A stretch of DNA of 26,178 nucleotides from Octopus sinensis (taxonomy: Eukaryota), in the NCBI RefSeq assembly GCF_006345805.1, contig NW_021835615.1:1-26178 (forward strand). Reading direction: 5' to 3'. The notes below the pieces were generated by a model. It searched no databases and had not been told where the DNA came from. It worked only from the letters and a program-made list of their open reading frames with translations. Positions 18,898-26,178 of this stretch are shown here, piece by piece (positions within the stretch are counted from its first letter, which is position 1; each line of letters begins with the position of its first letter). The translations under genes were made by a program, and so were the position numbers.

Positions 18898-21489
18898 TGT
18901 TGTTGGCATCCTTTTTGTCTCGGGAGACAATGGAGTTGCGCATAAAATAATCTAGTCCGGCTTTTACATTTCATGTCCTAATACATCTCTTGCTGTGGCT
19001 GTGTAGTCCTATCCGGGACAAACACTCCCTCTGGAAGGTGCCGTAAATGTAGCGAAGACTTTGCCTGACTGGTTGTAATGTCATAGTTTCTTGTTGACGT
19101 CTTTTCTTGTCTTTCCATTTCTCCTTTCTCACTATGTCACTCCTCTGTGTTCCCTCTTTTACGGTACGTCGCCAATCTCCACGGTTGCTGGCAACTGCTT
19201 CCCAGTTGGTAATATTGATGTTGCAGGCATTCATGTCCCTTTTGCAAACATCCTTGTATCGTAAGAACAGTCTTCCCACAGACCTAGTGCCCCTAGCAAG
19301 CTCTCCGTTGAGTATGTCCTTGGGGATTCTGCCATTTGATGCGATGGATTTTCCGGAGACAGCGCAGGTGAAAGATATTTAGGCGACGTATGGCGTCGTA
19401 TGGCGTGTGTATGGCGTCAAAGTCATACAGTAGAGTGCTAAGTACACATGCCTGGTAAATCTTCATTTTTGTGGTCTTGGTCAGCTTATTGTTGTCCCAT
19501 GCGCGTTTGGTGAGTTGGGCCATCACAGCAGCTGCCTGGCCAATGCGTATATTGAGCTCAGCATCAAGAGATAGGTTGTAGGTGACGGTAGAGCCAAGAT
19601 AGGTAAACTTCTCCACCTCCTATACTCTGTGGTCTCCAATATGTATGTTTGAGATATCCGATGTAGCCTGACCCATGATGTTCGTCTTCTTGAGGCTGAT
19701 AACTAAGCCAAAGTTGCCAAATGCTTGCTCAAAACAGTTGCTGAGCCTTCGTAGGGCTTCTTCTGTGTGTGATACCAGAGCGGCATCATCAGCAAATAGC
19801 ATCTCCTTGATCAGGACGCTTCTGAGATTTTGGTCTTGGCACGCAGACGCGAGAGATTGAACAGTTTCCCATCACTTCTACTGTGCAGAAACACTCATCA
19901 TCTGATGTCTCAAAGGCATGTGACAGCAGCAGCGAGAAGAAGATGCCAAATAATGTAGGAGCAAGGACACACCTTGCTCTACCCCATTTTTTATTTGGAA
20001 GGCGGCTGATGTTGAACCATTGTGCTGTATGGTGCCTTGCATATTAGCATGGAATGATTTGATGATCCTCAGCAGCTTTGGTGGACATCCGATTTTTTGG
20101 AGCAGGATGAAGAGGCCTTTTCTACTTACCAAGTCAAAGCCCTTTGTCAGATCAATGAAGGCCATATATAATGGCATGTTCTGCTCTCTGGACTTCTGAA
20201 GTTGGCGTATGGAGAATATCATGTCAATAGTTGATCTGCTTCTTCTAAAGCCACACTGCGATTCTGGATAAATTCGAGAAGCAATTAGTTGCAGCCTGGA
20301 CAGGATAATGCGAGCAGAGGCCTTTCCAACTGTGCTTAGAAGAGATATTCCACGGTAATTGTTACAATCATCACGGTCACTTTTATTTTTGTAAAGCGTA
20401 ATGATGTTAGCATCCCGCATATTCTGAGGGACTGTACCCTCTTACCAGCACTGACACAGAAGCTCATGAATGTGCCGAAGCAGGATGGTGTTTTTGCCGG
20501 TTTTGATGATCTCTAAGGGGATGCCGTCTTTTCCCGGAGCCTTGTTACTTGCTAGGGAGTCAATAGATTTGGTGAGCTCTGCTATAGATGGCAGACTGTC
20601 AAGTTCACACATGACTGGCAAGATCTTGACACCCTCGATTGCAGCCTCAGCTACCGTGGTCTCTCGTGAGTAGAGATCCTGGTAGTACTCCATCCATCTA
20701 TCCATTTGCTTGCTTTGGTCCTTGATGAGATCTCCAGTAGTTGATTTCAGAGGGGCGGGCTGAGGTGGTGCGGATGGACCGAGGGCCTTATTCAAACCGG
20801 CATACATCCCACGGGTGTCGCCACTGTCAGCATCTGACTGGATACTCTGACAGATTTCCTGTCAATACCCATTTGCACAGCGTCTGGCAGTCAGTTAGGT
20901 TTTATTTCTTGCCTTTCTGAGTTCTTCGAGTGACTTTGTAGAAGAATCGCTCTTGTATTGCATCAGAGCTGTACGCTTTGCTTCGATAACTGTTTCCAGC
21001 TCTGAGAGCCCAGCACTGAACAAAATCTGGGTTTTACCTTTCTCTCATTCCGAAAGTATCTATTGATGTGGTATACAAAGCTTCCCTGATATTCCACCTA
21101 CTTTCAGCAGAGGAGGTTGGGCAGCTACTGAGGGCAACCTTGATAGAAACAGCAAAACATTGTCGCAGTGTAGGATCCGAGGTTCTGGCAGTGTTAATGC
21201 GTGGTTGGCTCATTTTCTTGGAGTGATGGACTTTTTAGGCAGAATCCTCGCCTTCTTATTAGTGAATGATCTGTGTCACAATCCGCGCTACGGGTCAGTT
21301 GAACAGAATTCAGAAGGATCTTCGTGTAATGATGAGATCCAACTGATGCCAGTGGTGAGATCTTGGATGTCTCCAAGATACCTTGTGGGATGTGTGTTGG
21401 GGAAAGAATGTGTTGGTGATGCACAGGTTATGGTATGTGCAAAATTCAAGTAGTCTCTGGCCATTGTCATTCATGTTGCCAATACTAAA
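18897..21489 (-). mobile_element. 5'-truncated RTE-clade LINE (APE C-terminus, RT and C-terminal domain), frameshifted and internally deleted
   Basis: GNMNDNGQRLLEFC..WRHPRSHHWHQLDLII (APE); NYRGISLLS, QCGFRRSRSTIDMIF, FIDLTKGFD, GVEQG and LFADD (RT); CLSRIGLHSHSKRC C-terminus; short (CAA)n tail. Confidence 0.95.
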
Positions 21490-21490
21490 A

Positions 21491-21553
21491 CACATACACT
21501 TACATATATACATATATATATGATTGATTTGTTTCAGTTCCTGTCCACGAAAT

Positions 21554-21563
<10 letters not shown>
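21491..21563 (+). repeat. Right copy of the RTE target-site duplication
   Basis: Begins exactly at the truncated LINE 5' end; differs from the left copy by 3-4 substitutions and a microsatellite indel. Confidence 0.75.
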
Positions 21564-21628
<65 letters not shown>

Positions 21629-21659
21629 GTATGTACACACACACACACACACACACACA

Positions 21660-22016
21660 CAAAGATAAATTGATAGATACAACTGAGTGGGCAAAAAAAA
21701 TGTGAGACACTGCGTAGAGCTTTTTTAAATTTTGATAAGCCTGGTACTTATTCTATCAGTTTCTTCTTGTGAAACCAGTATGTTATGGGGATGTAAATAA
21801 ACGAACACCAGTTGTGAAGCAGTGATGAGGGAGAAACACAAAGACACCCACACAGACTTACATACATACATACATACATATATATACGATTGATTTCTTT
21901 CAGTTTCTGTCTACAAAATCCACTGACAAGGCTTTGGTTGGTCTCAGGCTATAGTAGAAGAGACATGCCAAGTTACCACACAGTGGGACTGAACTGAGAA
22001 CCATGCGTTTTGGAAC
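21660..22016 (-). mobile_element. Copy 2 of the local duplication, containing a near-complete SINE
   Basis: The SINE continues to its head (agtgggactgaactgagaaccatg). Confidence 0.85.
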
Positions 22017-22205
22017 CATAAGAATGCATAAATCTAAAATCTTAAATAATTTCTTTGTTATTGTAGTATATATCAGTAAAAAATGGAATATTCCCAAAAT
22101 TGCATGATTAACTAAATGATTTTCATTTCTTATTTAAACGTGGCAATCCTCTTGAAAAAAAATTGAGAACCTCAAAAACTGAACTTTCACCAACTCGTCA
22201 TGTAG

Positions 22206-22299
22206 TGCCTTACTGCTTTCTGCTGGATTTTACCTCGAGAAAGGAACTCTGAGGAAGGAGGGCTGAATTTCGAATACTTCGTACAACAAACGGCTGCAG
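22206..22299 (+). CDS. Candidate exon (94 nt, phase 0 to 1)
   Basis: tgtag acceptor and CAG|GTTAGG donor; the only open frame is CLTAFCWILPRERNSEEGGLNFEYFVQQTAA. Confidence 0.4.
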
Positions 22300-22378
22300 G
22301 TTAGGAAAAAATTTTAATCGCCTCTTTTAATTTAGGTTTTATTTTTCATGTTTATTTGTATTACATTGTTATGTTATA

Positions 22379-22944
22379 TTGGGTTGTCCGGAAAGTTCGT
22401 CCGATTTTTAAAGGAAAGTACATGGTCACTAAATACTTGCCATTACATTTTAATGAACCAAATCTGAACCATTTCGTTGCACAATACGTCTCCATCTTAC
22501 CTTTACCTTAAAAATACCCTCTTCCCAGAATTGGGGTGGTTTCAAGGCAAATAATTCATCAAGGTATCTTTTTACGTCATCTAAGGAATTGAAATTTTCA
22601 CCATTAAGACTATTCTGCAGAGACCTGAATAAGTGGAAATCCGAAGGAGTAATATCTGGTGAATATGGAGGGTGGGGTAAGTCACCCCAGCCAAGCTGCA
22701 GCAATTTTTGTCTGGTTCCCAAAGCATCAAATGCCGATAATGAATTTTTCTCATCTTTTAATTTAAAGGGTTACAGAATTAACACAGGTTATTGGAACAT
22801 AAACCTTCTTCCACGAAAAGATAGATTAAACTGTGCTCCAAATGGAGGTTGTAGTCAAATCCTATTTTATGGACTCAAACATGTTCTAAAATAAGTCGAA
22901 AGATAAGCTACTATAAATCTGCAAGAACTTTCCGGACAACCCAA
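22379..22944 (-). mobile_element. Internally deleted mariner (566 bp) with both TIRs and TA TSD
   Basis: TA|ttgggttgtccggaaagttc...gaactttccggacaacccaa|TA; N-terminal KIHYRHLMLWE is joined to C-terminal TRQKLLQLGW..HPPYSPDITPSDFHLFRSLQN. Confidence 0.95.
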
Positions 22945-23092
22945 TATTTCTATATTTTTATCATGAAATTCTTAATATAATATGTGGATATTCGTATGGA
23001 ATAATACCTCATGTGCTACATCTGAATTTTGTATGAATGTTTTAAGACAAATATCCGAAATTTTTATCGTATACCAATTTATTAATACTTAG

Positions 23093-23131
23093 CTCATATA
23101 CGGAGACAAAAATGTTGTACTAATACTGCAG
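23093..23131 (+). CDS. Candidate 39-nt symmetric exon
   Basis: atacttag acceptor and CAG|GTATCT donor; open as LIYGDKNVVLILQ (phase 0) or HIRRQKCCTNTA (phase 1). Confidence 0.35.
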
Positions 23132-23323
23132 GTATCTCCATTGAAATTATATTAGCATTAGAATTCTTCAAGTTGTTATTGTCTGCATCATTCGAAAGCG
23201 AAATAAATTTTGCATAAGGTGTAGAAGATAAAAATAATTTGTATGGTGTTAGTAACAAAATATTTTGTAAGAAATAGAACTTTTATCGTCTGTCTTAAAT
23301 ATATTTTCGCCAGTGTATATATC

Positions 23324-25827
23324 TCAGGTCATCCCATAAGTTCTGTCTGAATTTTGGATAAAGAATACAAGTGATCAAATGTTATATTTAATTGAAAGTT
23401 AATCATCAATGTACTTTCCCTAATTATCTATGACTTACCTCCACCTATTTACAAGCTTTTTAATCCCATCAACGTAAAACTTTTTTGGTTTCAAAGCGAA
23501 GAACTCTGAAATGTCAGGTTCGACCTCCCCCTGGCTTGCGAAAGTTGTATCCCCCTACTAATTCTGTAAACTATGAAACAAATGGTATCCTGAAGGAGTA
23601 AGGTCGGGAGAATAAGTTGGATGTGATGTGATCTTTGCAGTGTGGGGTTGCGCAATGTCCTGATGAAACATCACTCGTTTTCGACTCACTAAAGCGGCTC
23701 TTTTTTCCTTCAAAGCTTGGTTCAAACGTTCTAATTGCTGACAGTAGACTTGAGCATTGATTGTTGCATTAGGTGGTAACAATATAAAGTGAATTACGCC
23801 TTTGCAATTGCACCAGATAGAGAGTAAAACCTTTTTCCCATGAAGTTCCCTTCTCGGTTGTGGTTGAGAATTTTCCCTTTTACCAAGCCACTGTTTACGA
23901 CGTCTAACATTTCGATAGAAAATCCATTTTTCATCACAAGTCTATCGAAAAAGGGTGAAATGAGTTTGCGAGAATGGAGAGAAGAGCAGATGCCAACTCG
24001 GGATTTGCGGTTGCTTTCGGACAATACATAAGGCACCTATTTTCCAGTTTAGGAATCTTTCCACGTTGTTGAAGATGACGATGAACTGTTGTATGGTTGA
24101 AGTAAGCTTTATTGCCAATTCTTCAACTGATAATGACGGATTTTCTTCAAGTAATGCCTCAAGGAGCTTGTCAAACTCAACTGGACATCCTGTTCGATAT
24201 TCATCATCAATTTTGCAGACGATCTCCTGCAAGTTCTTTCATTCGAGCACTTTGCCATAAACTGAGTGTATGTTTCGAGTCACTTCGGCATCAGAGTTAC
24301 CTTTATTGTACTCATAAAGAATTATATGTGCCTTAAATGCTCCTTGGATACTTCCATGTTGAAAGGGTTTTAATCAAAGCAATTTTAGGGTGTCCACGAA
24401 GTCTGGGTTTATGGAATAAAATCATAACATAAGAAATAATAATTTTCCTTTTTTACTTTTGTTTAAATTAAATTAAAAAAATACTTTACTTTTCTAAATT
24501 TATTTGTTATTTTTTCTACAGATGATCGAATGATGGCTCTGTCTAAAGAAGAAAGAATCCCAGACCGAATGATGAATCTGTCTAAAGAAGAAAGAATCGA
24601 GTTAGTATTATTAAGTGGACGAGAGGGATGGTCTTATCGCAAAATTGCGGAAGAATTTAATCTTCCACACCCTTGTAGGCAACCTATTTATTTTACTGCC
24701 GTCAGGAAATTGATCAAGAAATTTAAAGAAACAGGCAGTGTTTCGGATAAACCCCGTTCCGGGCGACCAAAGACTTCAGATGAAACTAAAGAGGTTGTCG
24801 AGGCTAAAGTTTCTGCTAGCTAGCCCCCAAAAATCACTTCGTCGGACATCTACGGTGTTAGGTGTTCCAAAACCAGCCATCCACAAAATGCTGGTTGAGA
24901 AAAAGTTTCATCGATACAACCTACAGATATTGCATCACTTAAATGAAGACGATCCTGATAGACGAATATAGACGTGCGAATGGTTTTCAGATAAATTGGA
25001 TGAAAATATCAATTTTACGAAAAGCTTTGTTGTTCAGTGACAAAGCTACGTTTTATGTAAATGGTGAGGTCAACAGACAGAATCTTCTATACTGGTCTCG
25101 AGGTAATCCACATTGGATGGATCTATCCAGACAGCAAAAAGGTGATGGTGTGGTGTGGTTTTTGGAAAGCTCATGTTCTAGGACCCTTCTTCATTAAACA
25201 TGTAACGGATGAGACTTATGCAAATATATTGAGAGACAAATTAATATCTTAAATTGAGCGCCTAGGCGAGGGCCTTCCGAATTGGTTTCAGCAACTGTTA
25301 GAGATTGATTTAATGACGCTTTTCCTCCTCACTAGATTGGAAGAAGGGGTCATATGGAATGGTCCCCTCGTTCACCAGACCTTTCTCCCCTTGATTTCTT
25401 TTTCTGGGGTATGTTGAAAGAGAAAGTTTACTCAATAAAGATTACAGATTTAAAACACATGAGAGAACGCACTACCAGTCAGTGTGCTTAAATTGATGGC
25501 AATGTAGACTTATTTAATCAGGTTCACCTGAATTTTGCAAGGCGCGCCAAGTTATGCATTGAAAATGATGGAAATCACTTTGAAAATATTATTTATTAAC
25601 ATTATAATTAAATAAAATTGTTTTGTTTTAAAAGTATGTGTTAATTCCCATGTACGCAGACTTTGTGGACACCGCCTATTATTTTGTAAAACAATATTGA
25701 ATTAGTTTAAACGTACACAAATGCATAAAAATAATTTTTAATCGAATTAGACATTTGCAAATACTATTAAATTTCATTCAAATCTAAAAAACAGGTAAAA
25801 TTGGACAGAACTGACTGGATGACTTGA
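23324..25827 (-). mobile_element. mariner element interrupted by a nested insertion; transposase pseudogene at 23399-24357
   Basis: Imperfect TIRs tcaggtcatcccataagttctgtc and gacagaactgactggatgacttga; MEVSKEHLRHI...LSESNRKSRVGICSSL...FHQDIAQPHTA...YSPDLTPSGYHLF with stops and frameshifts. Confidence 0.9.
24388..25676 (+). mobile_element. Tc1/mariner-superfamily element, DD41D (rosa/VS)-like, pseudogenised
   Basis: TIRs gggtgtccacgaagtctg and cagactttgtggacacc, TA on both sides; KFKETGSVSDKPRSGRP, FSDKATFYVNGEVNRQN, WFQQ, WSPRSPDLSPLDFFFWG. Confidence 0.9.
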
Positions 25828-25968
25828 TATATATAATCTATGATATTCTAGTAAGTTTCAAGTTTATAACACCTTGATGTCTCATTTTATGTGCCTAAGC
25901 CGTTTATTTTCTATTCTGGTTTTTATATATTTCTATACATTATATTTGTATCTATAATTTATTTTAAG

Positions 25969-26112
25969 CCGAAACATAATACGATCCTTGTACGAACGAA
26001 AGAACAAGAATGTCCTCTGGAACGTTTATCTTCCGGCATTGTAATCGATGGTGACATGTGCGATGATTTTGCGACAATCTTATATTTTACAGAGAAATTG
26101 GAAGCTCCGAAT
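25969..26112 (+). CDS. Candidate exon (144 nt, phase 0/0), or a 20-nt micro-exon at 26093-26112
   Basis: ttttaag acceptor and AT|GTAAGT donor; single open frame PKHNTILVRTKEQECPLERLSSGIVIDGDMCDDFATILYFTEKLEAPN; alternative ttttacag acceptor at 26092. Confidence 0.45.
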
Positions 26113-26178
26113 GTAAGTCAGCGCTTTATGCATAATTCAATATTATAGTTCTCTATATCTAACAGAAGTTCTGTCAAT

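Overview
Eukaryotic, AT-rich, repeat-dense DNA. The SINE family, the abundant (TA)n/(CA)n/(GATA)n microsatellites and the transposon mix point to an Octopus-like cephalopod (inference). No intact protein-coding gene is present, and most ORFs in the track are microsatellite translations. Transposon content: a decayed Penelope-like (PLE) relic with two GIY-YIG copies, several copies of one tRNA-derived SINE, a 5'-truncated RTE LINE with a ~75-bp target-site duplication, three mariner relics, a DD41D-like Tc1/mariner element nested in one of them, a TA-flanked MITE and two Helitron-like elements. There are also three long fold-back elements and a ~4.3-kb G-rich 37-bp minisatellite. A few splice-site-bounded open segments may be exons of a + strand host gene (low confidence). 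The most interesting signal is five minimal type-I hammerhead-ribozyme-like motifs in four different short non-coding repeats between 2.6 and 9.7 kb. All have a tiny palindromic stem III, all carry core substitutions, and all sit in microsatellite-flanked elements, suggesting several non-autonomous PLE-partner or retrozyme-like families. All analysis was by eye; no folding, alignment or database search was run.
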